From Rhizophagus irregularis (Eukaryota), in NCBI RefSeq assembly GCF_026210795.1, contig NC_089434.1:3286001-3350000 (forward strand): a stretch of DNA of 64,000 bases, read 5' to 3'. Shown here piece after piece: positions 1-10,689 of the stretch. Numbering within the stretch: the stretch's first letter is position 1; every line of letters begins with the position of its first letter. The notes under the pieces were generated by a model. That model saw only the letters and a program-made list of their open reading frames with translations. It searched no databases and had not been told where the DNA came from. A program made the position numbers and the translations under genes.

Positions 1-651
1 TTACAATAAAGAAAGTTTTTATATATGAACCGTGAATAAAATTATAGAATGATAAGTCTTATGACTCAAGTACATTTTTTTTTATACATTAAATAAAATT
101 ATTAATTATGTACATGAAAAAAAAAAAATGCCAAAACAAATAAATGAACCTTAACAGTTACGTATAATATTAACCTTTTTGATTACAAAGTTTACTAATT
201 TACCAGTTCAAATTTTAATATTTTACTCAACTTTCTTTTCCAGTCATTTGAGTATTTTGAGTAGAGCAAATAATCAAAATTAACCATTTATGGTTTATCA
301 GATAGTCCAGTCCGATTTCAAATGATGTTAACATGGAATTTGATCGACATAAGATCCGGTAATAACGATGTAATAATAGTTAATCTATTGGAACAAGTTC
401 CGATCGCAATATAAAAAAAAATAATATAAAAATACCCTTTGGCAAATTTTTAAAAGAAATTTATATTTTTTTCGTTCTGAAAATTGAAAGTTTCTCTCGT
501 TCAAATCATTTCTTCTACGAATTCCATTGGTTATTTCTTAAGATATATAAAGTGTTATACCGATAATATACATATTTAGTTCAATTGTTGCTTTGAAGAA
601 AAAAAAAATAATATATTTTGAGAAACATCTTTAACGCAAGAAGTTTTTACA

Positions 652-1185
652 ATGACTCATGGATCCGATTTGGATTTTACTGAAAATATTAATGATGGAA
701 ACAATCATTTACAACAACCAACAAATGTGATCCAAATGGAGCATACTCGAATGGAATATAATCAAATAGAACATAATCAAATGGAACATACTTCAAATGC
801 TCCATATAATAATAACTTTAATATTTCTTGCAACCCTTCAGATACAACAACTTACAACACTGGCAATAACGAAGGGTCCTCTTTTATGGATAATCAACTT
901 GGTACTTCAACTCAATACTATGATCCTACGTTCACTACATCGTATCACGCGCCGCAGTATAACTCTCTTCTTGATGATATTCAATTCCAAAATAACTTCT
1001 CATCAGTTAATATTCCTCAGACGGATAATTCTGAGATCTTTAGACTTAATATTCCCGGTTTCAAAATCATCGTTATACCTAATTCTGTAAATTTAGCTAA
1101 TTTGGATTTACAAAATTTGTTTCCACAAGACTCTAACCCAAATATCGTTACTATTCATTTGATTTTAATAACTTTTAGTAACTAA
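652..1185 (+). CDS. N/Q/T-rich low-complexity family gene, copy 1 (C-terminal 43-nt deletion and frameshift)
   Basis: Intronless ORF paralogous to 5 other copies, with (Q/R)-(M/I)-E-(H/Y/L/R)-(N/T) pentad repeats and an SEIFRLNIPGFKIIVIP motif. Lacks the gaaaac...aaatg segment after NIVT that the other copies have. Confidence 0.75.
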   Translation: MTHGSDLDFTENINDGNNHLQQPTNVIQMEHTRMEYNQIEHNQMEHTSNAPYNNNFNISCNPSDTTTYNTGNNEGSSFMDNQLGTSTQYYDPTFTTSYHAPQYNSLLDDIQFQNNFSSVNIPQTDNSEIFRLNIPGFKIIVIPNSVNLANLDLQNLFPQDSNPNIVTIHLILITFSN

Positions 1186-1399
1186 ATTTCTTTTTATCTA
1201 ATTTATATTATTATTATTTCTTATCTGTATTTTTTAAATATTTTATCATGTATTCATTATATAAATAAAGTTATATTTATTATCTAATTCTTAGCTATTA
1301 ATATTTGCCAAGGGCTTAGGCCAAAATCTAATTATAATAAATAATGTTGGGATGCGGATTCTTTAAAACGATCTAAGGCAAAAGAATTATATGTTTTAT

Positions 1400-1545
1400 T
1401 TGCGAATTTATATGATCGATTCCCGGCAATTCTTGAAATTTCTTTAAAATCCGCTTCAGGGTTTTTGTCTTTAATTTATCCTGTAAATCTTTTCGAAATA
1501 AAATAAACGCATTTTGAGGTCGAGTTATTCTACCTTTTTTGCCTA
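1400..1545 (-). pseudogene. MATA-type HMG-box fragment
   Basis: Reads KKGRITRPQNAFILFRKDLQDKLKT, then after a frameshift NPEADFKEISRIAGNR. This matches HMG-box helices 1-2 (RPxNAFILFR...EISK/R); truncated before helix 3. Confidence 0.8.
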
Positions 1546-1549
1546 CCAG

Positions 1550-3940
1550 ACCTAGAATCATTACAGATGATATAATAATTTTTGTACTGTTATATACATT
1601 TTACGTAAATAATTTTTGTTCTTTAATGTTCTAAACTTTAGAAAATATTGAAAAAGTCCATAAATTATTGTATGAAACTGATAATATAATTAAGAAACGT
1701 AATTCATAATGTCCTTTTACTTTTAACAAGAGAATCTGGTACTTAAATATCATTAATCAAATATTTTTAAAGACAGAACAAATTTAATGTGAAATTTTTA
1801 GTTTGGAACTTTAACTCATAAAATTTATCGTAATTTTAAACAAACCTGCATGTTGGAGAATAGGGTATATTGAAAAAATTAATTTTTATCTATCCCTTAA
1901 ACTGTTTTGCAGCCAAATTTGCCTGCAATTTTGTTTTTTAATTAAAGACACTTTTAAATACCTTAAAATATTTTATTACATAAACCAATATTTTTGTAAT
2001 AAATTCTATAGTATTTTCTAAGTAAAAATCGAAAAAAAAGTTCAATTTGATTAATGATTTTTAAAAGTAAATGATCGACAAATTATAACAAATAGTAGCT
2101 AAATTTTTTAAATTGAAATATCTTTTTATCCATTAACCCTAGAAATATAAAATTACCACCATTTGATGCGTCTTAATGAGAAGAATCTGATATAAATAAA
2201 ATTATCCTTCTACAAATATTATGTGACAGGATAACTTATAAAATCTAAAAATTTATAGATTAATATAACTTTTTATTTGTCAATTTTAGAGTTATGATTT
2301 TATTACCATTAAATGCGCCTTAATAAGAGGAATCTAACAAATATAATTTCATCTTTCTATGATCACTAGATCTCAAGATATTTTAAAAATTCTAAAATTT
2401 TTAAAATTAATTTTAGTCCCTACAGTTTGAGGGATAGTTTGGAAGCAAATCACAAGAACGTATATGTATTTATAGCAACCGCGACCTAAAATAAGATATT
2501 TCCACATCTTTTATTAAAATGAATCGAATTATTATAATTTTTGAAAATAAATTTTCAAAATTTTGAAGAATCTATCATCTTAAATTAATGCATTTAATAA
2601 AGGGTAAACAATAATGTTATTTTATTAAAAAAAAAAGTGTAACGTCAGTCATCAGCTGATATTTAATTTCTTTATGAGGTATTGAACATTCACTACTCAT
2701 AGGATATTATTTATCTAACTATAATAATATCTCAAAATATTAATGTTATTAATAAAGAGCGTTAGATCTAGAACCAAAAAGTAAAAATCCTGTATAAAAT
2801 TTGCATCTTTTCATTCCGAAACCATTGAATTAAAATTATTATTTATTATTTAATTAATTGTGAATATGTATTAGAGTATAGGACAAGATAGATATATTGA
2901 ACGCAACTTGAATCACAAATAAATGACTCAAAGAGGGACAATATCAAATCATTTTAGAAGAAACATAACCTCCATTAATGTACATCAGTGATCGTAAACT
3001 AAAAAAAAAATCAGAGAATTAGTTTAACTTTTAAATTGAATTTCAGATCATGAAATTTCAGTGAAACATTTTTACCTTTTGGGAATATTTTCACATCCAT
3101 CATCATTATCAATGATTTGGAGAACATCACGTAAGCATGCAAAAAATTTCTTGTTGAACTTCGAATATTTTTTTGATATATTTGGCCACATAGATTACCG
3201 TCATCAGTATAAGTTTATCACTTTAGGATTTAATTCTTTTAGAAAAATTATTTCAAAGTAAATGACAGGTTTTGTAACATTCTAAATCTTCAATTAGGTT
3301 CGTTCTATTATTGATAAATTATAAATGTCAGTAAATTTCAAAGAAAAATATTATATAACAATCCATTTCGATTAAAACGAGTCCTTACTAGGAATATTCA
3401 TATTTCTTTTTGATTTCAATCAAATTGCAAATTTGTTATATAATTATTTTAAGATATTAACCATATATTTCCGTTGCATATGTTTAACCAAAATCGTTAA
3501 ATGAAAAAGAGTATCGAAATCAAAGCTTTAATATTAAGGAAAGTTCCAGCTTATCATTAGTTTGAGTATTAAAATGTTCCTTCTGGCGTAACAAGACATT
3601 ATTTAATTAAAAATAAATATTTTACCTTCTTCTAAAAATCATTAGAACTTAGACTTTTATGAAATTAAATGTTCGTTGTTTTTATTCTACAAGTTATTAT
3701 TTCTATTATAGTTAACATTTATTATCTTTTCATGTCGTGTTTGAGATATTTGAGTTTCTGAAATAGTTGTTTAGAATGTTCCTCATAAAATAAAGGGAAA
3801 ATGTAATTACAAAGTGCGTTCGCATTGCTAAAGTAGGATAAAACCTTGTTAAAGACCTAAATGTAATAAATAAAACTTATTTCTAAAAAAATTTCTCACT
3901 ATCACGGGTTATATTGATTTTTCGATACTTATTTTTACCA
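1550..3940 (+). repeat. Non-coding downstream module (type A) of the duplicated unit
   Basis: Colinear copies at ~25605-27550, ~29020-31120 and ~42030-43500; rearranged at ~45240-45925; a fragment at ~16660-16960. Confidence 0.85.
1894..2433. mobile_element. Non-autonomous TIR element (540 bp)
   Basis: TIRs CCCTTAAACTGT / ACAGTTTGAGGG. The paralogous empty site atctatagtttgg at ~29591 implies a 2-bp AT duplication (or a blunt insertion into TA|TA). Confidence 0.85.
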
Positions 3941-4124
3941 TGTGATTTATTTGGATCACATAATTGAGGTAAGGGAGAACCAAAGAAATCTTATTTTCTT
4001 TTTTTCTTAATAGTTTTGACACAGTTACATCATTTTGGAAAAAATTTGTTTATTGTTTCTAATAAATAAAAAAATTATTTATAAACTGTTTAATAAAGCA
4101 TTTTTTATTAACTTTTACATGTAA

Positions 4125-4401
4125 TTTAATAATACAATGTAATTCGCGGAGAAGTATAGAAACGAAATTAGAATGAAGTTAAAAGAACGAAAGAATCCTT
4201 TCATTTAAAAAGAAAAAAAAAATTTTTTTCGTTTTAATCCATTATTTAAAAAAATTTTTTACTTTTCGTTTCTTTCCCTAATTGGCAGTTCCTTTTGTTT
4301 ATAAAAAAATTCGTTTTTTCTTTCCCTCATTGGCCATTTCTTTCGTAATTTAATAATATTTTAAACACTAACTGTTAACGTAGTTAACAGGTGAATCCTA
4401 G
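4125..4401 (+). mobile_element. Putative non-autonomous Helitron
   Basis: 3' hairpin CTGTTAAC-gta-GTTAACAG (4372-4390), then CTAG (4398-4401) followed by T. The 5' end (A|TTTAATAATAC) is a guess. Confidence 0.55.
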
Positions 4402-4529
4402 TAATAATAATAATTATCGTGCTCCGCTGTATGATGTTGATGATTTGTAATTTAATTATTTTTTATGCGTAAGTTTAATAATTACAATAAACTATATTTA
4501 AGCTATAAACAATACATGTGTTATAATTA

Positions 4530-6115
4530 TTAATTATGGCTATTAGGATTATTATTGAAAATAATAACAGAATTGATAAAAACTTTATCAGCTGTTAATT
4601 TCGAAACTAATTCTTCCAAATTTTGACTTTTATTTTCTTGAATTTCATTTAAATCTTTTAATGGCCTTTTTGTAACTTTAATATTACTGTTTGCCGAATT
4701 AATAACTTCACGATTATCTAGAAAAAGTTCAATTTTGTTAAATTGATTATCAAAAAATAGAATAAAATTTTAGAATATTACCATTAAGCAATGATTTTGC
4801 AACAACGAAATTGTCTGTTGATAAAGTTGATTGTTCCATTGATTCTTCTATAGAAGAAAATTAGAATGCAGGTCATTTATTAATGATTAAAAATTTCAAA
4901 TTTTTACCTGATCGAATATTATTTTTATTAAAACCAAATGCTTCAACAAGGTTAAAAGCATTATTTCGTTGAATTTCAGTTTCTGGACGCTCATATCTAG
5001 CAAGCCCTTGCTCAGACTTATGTCGTGTACTTGCCATACATTCAGAATTTGAAAATCCTCGTCGCTTTAATATTTGTACTAGCGTTTTCTGACCTGAATG
5101 GTTACTAATTTTGCGATCATCCACGTTAATTCCGGTTAAGGTAACAATTTTTTTCATAAAGGATTTAATTTCTTTTTCAGACACATGTTGCTTATGATAC
5201 CATTGTCCATTAAATTCAACTGTATAATATGAAATAAAAAATAATAAAAATTTTGACATTAGATTTGTCAAAAAAAAAAAAAATTTTAATATTTACCTTC
5301 ACTAATATTGCATGGCTTTAAATAAAAATGTGGATCAGCTTGGGTTGGACGTTTGGTAAAATAATTTTCATACATTTCAATGATACTAGGTATTTCGGGA
5401 ATGTATAACTTATCACCTTGAGATTCAATATTATTGGCACCGCGTTGATTAGTTTTTGATTTGTAAATGATAACATCATATCCACCATATTTGTTTTTTC
5501 TTCGTATAAAATTTTGAAGCTGCAAATTGAAATGTTCTCCTCCCCTTAACCCTAAAACAATAGCATTAAAAAAAAAGATCCTATATAATAAACTGGCAGG
5601 ATCATTGCCAGACATTGCTTGATGATCAAGAATCTGAAGAAGATCATCTTCAGTAAATCCATCAGCACCGTTACGCTCCCCACGACCTTGACTCACAAGA
5701 CTCTTAACTTTACCATTCAAAATCTGCCATAATTTGTAATATTGATCTTTATCCATAATGTTGATAGGTTTTGAAAAGACAGACTTATTATTCAAATGTC
5801 TATTTATTACAAACATGCAACTATTAACTGAAGAAACATGATATTCGAGAACCATCTTTTTTTCTCATTGCATGAACAAATCTACAAAGCTGATCCTCTA
5901 ATTCTTCTTTTGTATCAACTTCCTCAATCAATCCTTGATAATTAACATCTGTTCTAAATTTTTCCAAAGCTCGTATCCAATTTGAAGTTCGAATAATCAG
6001 TATTTTTACATCGGCTACTATCAATAAGATTGCGAAGTTCATCATCAGTAGGCTTTTTATAAGTAAAGTTCACCTTTAATTTCTTACAAGGTCGTTTATC
6101 TTTGTTATCTTGCAT
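4530..6115 (-). pseudogene. Tyrosine recombinase (Crypton/DUF3504-like), 4 exons, two +1 frameshifts
   Basis: Starts MQDNKDKRP at 6115. Motifs GLRGGEH, KSKTNQ, ISNHSGQKT (HxxR with R changed to Q), TRHKS, LARYER. Three GT-AG introns splice in frame (first 5296-5220); stop at 4530; frameshifts at ~5990 and ~5847. Confidence 0.85.
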
Positions 6116-6275
6116 CTTTAAAATATTAATAGAAAGGTTTTGTGTAAAAAAAAGAGTCGAAATGGAGAGAAATGAAATTGGATAAAGAAAAAAAATGATA
6201 AAAGCTTAATTTATGAGTTTAATTCGAGTTTAATAAAAGTTTAAATAAAACATCATAATGTCACACGATAATATC

Positions 6276-6424
6276 ATTATTGTGCTTGCGTTGATAAATA
6301 TACAATTATTAACCAATGCTGCATTCTGATTGGACAGATTTGGCCACTACGTGGCCAAATCCTTACCAATCATCTGCTAGCATTGGTTAATAATTGTAAT
6401 ATTAATCGCTACAAGCACTATAAT
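6276..6424. repeat. ~150-bp imperfect palindrome
   Basis: Perfect 20-bp arms at 6301-6320/6379-6398; GATTTGGCCAC-tac-GTGGCCAAATC at the centre; 12/13 match at 6276-6288/6412-6424. Confidence 0.95.
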
Positions 6425-6713
6425 TTATAATGAAGAATCAATATCTGAATGAATTTTTTCAAAAAAAGCAGTAGCAGATGTTGCAAGTATTTATTATTTT
6501 ATATTTGTAATCATAATATAGATTTATTAATTTATTGAGTAATTTAAATTAATACATAAAAAAAAAGTAAAAGTTTTTTGATATAATCATTCATTTTTTT
6601 ATTTAGAACAGTAACTAAGTTTCTTAAATATATTTTAAAATTCAACTATCATTTAATATATTTGGTAAATTTTAAACAAAAAAAACAAATTTACAATTGT
6701 TATCTTCCGTACC

Positions 6714-6740
6714 GTCACGTGATCGTATCGATCACGTGAC
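6714..6740. other. Perfect 12-bp stem-loop containing two CACGTG boxes
   Basis: GTCACGTGATCG-tat-CGATCACGTGAC. Confidence 0.9.
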
Positions 6741-6782
6741 TCTACCGCTTTAATGACCACGAGCTTTGACTGTGAAATAAAA

Positions 6783-7218
6783 TTAATAAAGGCTATGGCG
6801 GTGAATCCCTCTCATAACATGCATACGTCTTACACCATATGGCATCCAATATAAGTTCGGGCTGGTTTGTAATTGTCGCACTTGAAATAAGCCTCTATCA
6901 ACGCTAATAAATCTTGAAATCATCGAGTATTGGACATTCAATCTCCAACCAAGACCTTGAAGTTCTCTCCTCAATTCTCTTCTACACCAGGCTTAAATAT
7001 AATTATATATAAATAGTTAAATAAAAAATATGTTAGTCATGTTATAATTCATATTTTTTGTTTCACATACCACCATTCCTCCCAAAATGGGGATGTCCCG
7101 CAGGAATATTAGGAACTTCGTATATATCGTAAGCAAGATATGTAAGATCCCTTCTTACACGACGTGGATTCGGCAACGGACCAGGAGGTATAAATCGGCG
7201 GATTGCTCGTCTTGACAT
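6783..7218 (-). CDS. Cas2/VapD-like ferredoxin-fold endoribonuclease, 118 aa, 2 exons
   Basis: Exons 7218-7071 and 6991-6783; intron 7070-6992 (GTATGT...ACTAAC...TAAG) joins in frame. Protein: MSRRAIRRFIPPGPLPNPRRVRRDLTYLAYDIYEVPNIPAGHPHFGRNGAWCRRELRRELQGLGWRLNVQYSMISRFISVDRGLFQVRQLQTSPNLYWMPYGVRRMHVMRGIHRHSLY. YLAYDI, LRRELQGLGW...VQYS and WMPYGVRRMHVM match Cas2/VapD motifs in order. Confidence 0.7.
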
Positions 7219-7276
7219 TTTAACAGAATTAAGATTAACGTAAAAATCAGTTAAATGATGAAAATGTAGCGAATAT

Positions 7277-7326
7277 TTATTATCATCATTATTATTATCA
7301 TCATCATCATTATTATTATTATTATT
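7277..7326. repeat. (ATT/ATC)n microsatellite
   Basis: Run of att/atc triplets. Confidence 0.9.
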
Positions 7327-7485
7327 AGCCCGAAGGACTATATAATACTGTATGTCCGTCCGGTAAAAATGTCATTCTTGACGAATTAATAATAAGAATA
7401 ATATACATGTATGTCTATCAAGAATCTTACCGTCAAAATTAGGCGGGATTGATGTACCATATATATATATATATATCCATTCTAG
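7325..7485 (+). mobile_element. Possible mini-Helitron in the divergent promoter
   Basis: A|TTAGCCCGAAGGACTAT start resembles TTAGCGAAGGACTAT in the Helitron at 29049; ends CTAG|T; no clear hairpin. Confidence 0.45.
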
Positions 7486-7581
7486 TTATTACGATCACGT
7501 GCCAGATCTTTACATGATTATCACATAATATTTTTGCGTGTACCTAATTGTGTAATCTCTTTTCTCACGTTCTTAAAGAAA

Positions 7582-8309
7582 ATGCAAAAAAAACAAGGAA
7601 AAAAACAAGGTACTATTCATACTTCATAATATATTAACTGACCTTGACATTTTATTTGATTAAAATATAGTTAAACAGGAAAACAGACCAATAAAAAAGG
7701 TAGCATGGAGTGAAGAAGATGAAGTAAGCATTTTTCTCCGGTTGCGAAATAAATCTCGGTATTTAATCTAACCTTTCATCCTTTATAATACAGGAACATC
7801 GCCAGAATCTTATCAAATGTGCCGAGAGATATGCTGAAGCTCGACAAAAAGTTCTATCTATTCCGGGCACCTCAGTCATCGAAGATATCCAATATGCGAT
7901 GGCTCTTGTCTACGAGGAATATAAGGCCAATACCTGGCCAGATAGATTCAAGCACAAATATGATTTATCACTTGCAGAATCTCCATTAAAGTAAGATCAA
8001 TCGTCTTTTTGTTTTGTCTTTTTACTTTTACTTTAATTTTGCATATTTACTAGGGAAGCTATAGTTGCGGCCAGAATTATGGAAGAATTTTCAGACTTAA
8101 CAACAGTTTTACATCGAGATCTTAATTACAATTGGCACTGGGCCGTTAATGAAGCTGGAGAAATTCTTGATAAGGCTATAGGATATAATAATCATCTTGA
8201 AGAATACGACTCTACGGAAGGTTTGTACACCAAAAGGTGTATCTATCGATTCTAACACTAAAATAACATATTAACAAGGCTATTATATCAACAATTAGAT
8301 GATGAATAA
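7582..8309 (+). CDS. Hypothetical acidic helical protein (~151-159 aa), 4-5 exons, divergent from the VapD-like gene
   Basis: Exons 7582-7609, 7671-7723, 7794-7990, 8054-8220, then either exon 8299-8309 (DDE*) or read-through to TAA at 8255. All introns are GT-AG, in frame, with no stops: MQKKQGKKQVKQENRPIKKVAWSEEDEEHRQNLIKCAERYAEARQKVLSIPG...NWHWAVNEAGEILDKAIGYNNHLEEYDSTE. Confidence 0.8.
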
Positions 8310-8732
8310 GTCTATGGTGTTTATACGTTATCACCCGTGCCTCCACAACATGAGTATAATAACATAAGGATGTTGAAAGAATTGCAAATACTATTCTTAA
8401 CTTTTGATTACTCGTAATTAGTTTGTATAATAATATTTCCTGATTCAGATTTTCATTGCACATTGCATTGTGATAAATGCGACTACAGGCAATATACGAA
8501 TAAAGTCAAAAGAAGCGCACCCTCATGATGAACTGCAATATTAAGAAATCATTTTTTATTCATTTTTTCTTAACCGTTGGCCCTTTCTCATGTATTACTT
8601 TACAAAGTTCATCAGGAGTTACAGTTCGCGAAAAAAATAATCGGAATTTAATCAGAATTACAAAAAGTGTAAAGAATAAAAAACTAGTGATTAGAATTTC
8701 TTCAAAATTTGCAAATATATAAACCTTATGTA

Positions 8733-9393
8733 TATTAAATTTCAGCCTTCTATCTTGCTTGGTTATCTCTCAATCGATTTTTTAATTTGATAAAAAAAAA
8801 TCGTCAAAAATTTAAACTGTAAAAAAAATATAAATTTCATAAAGCATTCAAAATTGCAATTTATTAAAACTTGAATAATGTGATTTGAGTTTATGCCATT
8901 AAAAAAAATCTTTATTATTGAGAAATTGATTCAACATGATGATCGCACTCTGACCTTTACCCCCAATTTCCATTAAAAGAACTAAAATTCAAAATTAAAC
9001 ATAAAATAAAATAAATATAAAAGTTATTATAAATATATTTAATGTACAGATTAATAATTTTCAAAATATACAAATAAAAATTATTAATCCAAATATTTTA
9101 AAGTGGTTAAATTTATCTAAATTTTAATGATTTTTGAGTCAATTTTACTTTTAATTTACTGAAAAACTAACTGATTTAAAATAGCAAAAAATGTTTTTAA
9201 TAAATTAATTATGGATATGCTTTTATGTTTATAATTTTTTATTTGGATATACAGGCAGATTGTTAATTTCTGAGCACAATATTGAAACCTTTATGAAATT
9301 TTCATTTCTTAAATTTTTAATGATTTTTTATTCAAATTAAAAAAAAATTGATTGAGAGACAACTAAGTAAAAACAAAAGGCTGAGATTTAATA
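8733..9393. mobile_element. Degenerate MITE with ~110-bp TIRs
   Basis: 8733-8844 is the imperfect reverse complement of ~9289-9393 (atattaaatttcagcctt...aatttcataaag). Confidence 0.65.
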
Positions 9394-10527
9394 TCTTTTG
9401 TATTCTGAATTTAAACATGGGTAAAAACTGAGTCATACTTTTTTTTTTAAATTCAAATTTCCTCTTTCCAATCCAAGCCACTTATTATATTAACAAAAAT
9501 AAAAAAAAAATAATCAGAATCCCTGGAGCTCTCTAAAATTAGGTTATGCATAATAATATAAAAAGTAAAAATACAAAACGTGATGAATACTTTATAGAGT
9601 ACATTCAGTTAGTATCTTTTTTTTTTGATTAACATTAAGGAACCGTTATTCAATAATGAAATTTTTTATCATTTTGTAATAAAGTATAAAGTTTTTTCTG
9701 CCACTTTAAGCCACTTTCTAATTTTCATTGTAATTAAAAAAAAAAAAAAAGAGGAAAAAATATATATATATTCATCTTTTATAACTGTATGTATAATTTA
9801 CACAGATTTTTCTTAAAAAAAAATATTGATTTTTTTTATTTCCTAATTTCCCATCAAAAGAAAAGAACATAATAAAAATAAAAAAAATATTTGTTTTACT
9901 TGGCAAAAATTCACGGGGGATTCAGTAAACAAATCAACTGTTATTATAAACCTTGTTAAATAAATATTCAGGTCATATTACAGAAAATTTGATTAATTAT
10001 GATACCGATCTGAATCTAATATAGCTATCTAGTAAGCCAAAATTTCATGTCAATTTTCTTTCTTATCTCACATTTCCAAATTTCCTAAAATTCTTAAAAT
10101 TTTGTGCATGTGCAAAAATCATACTTATAGATTTACTTAGTCATATGCATTTAATTAGGTTATTTTAAAGAAAATTAAATAATAATAATAATAATAATAA
10201 ATATTGCACAAATCTACATATACTATTTTACATAATTTTAAGAACCCAACATGTATTTTATATAAACCTGACTTTACATGTAAAATAAATTTATATAAAA
10301 CTATATAAATTTTTTTTTTTAAATTCAAATAAGATTTTATGTATTTTTTATATTAGTATTATATTTAGCAAATTTATTATTGTTTATTTGAAATATTATG
10401 ATTATATTTTACTATAGCTAATAAATTTTACTATTAGCTAATAATTATCTAAATGATATTGAACTAAAATCTTTATTATTACATTTATTATCCTATTAAA
10501 AAATTATATTTATAAAAAAATAGAGTA

Positions 10528-10672
10528 AATTTATTCATCGCACGTGCGATGCATCGCCACTTTCCTTTTTTGTAAATTATTTATGTTGATCAACCTGCTT
10601 ATACATCGCCACCCCCCTTAAAATGGCAATGATAAACATAAAAATTTGCATCGCACGTGCGATAAATAAATT
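10528..10672. mobile_element. Small MITE with 26-bp TIRs
   Basis: AATTTATTCATCGCACGTGCGATGCA at the left and its inverse at 10647-10672; each TIR contains the palindrome ATCGCACGTGCGAT. Confidence 0.7.
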
Positions 10673-10689
10673 ATTTCAAAAAAATATTA

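Larger units (their letters stand above)
4413..6424 (-). mobile_element. Crypton-like tyrosine-recombinase element
   Basis: Contains the YR gene. Bounded by the inverted motif ATTATCGTGCT (4413) / AGCACTATAAT (6414-6424), with internal inverted copies at 6264-6284. Confidence 0.6.

Noticed and set aside
797..1090. Overlapping ~95-aa hydrophobic ORF open in all six gene copies
   Set aside because: Expected by-product: a main frame poor in Leu/Ile/Val/Met gives few stops in the +1 frame, and AAT/ACT codons read as Ile/Leu. The copies are recent duplicates, so there is no independent evidence.
1373..1561. Functional mating-type HMG gene
   Set aside because: Frameshifted and missing helix 3 in both copies.
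7690..7723. Myb/SANT domain call from KKVAWSEEDE
   Set aside because: The later Trp-spaced helices of a Myb repeat are absent.
8212..8463. 83-aa minus-strand hydrophobic ORF
   Set aside because: Non-ATG start, overlaps the 3' end of the plus-strand gene, and has no motif support.
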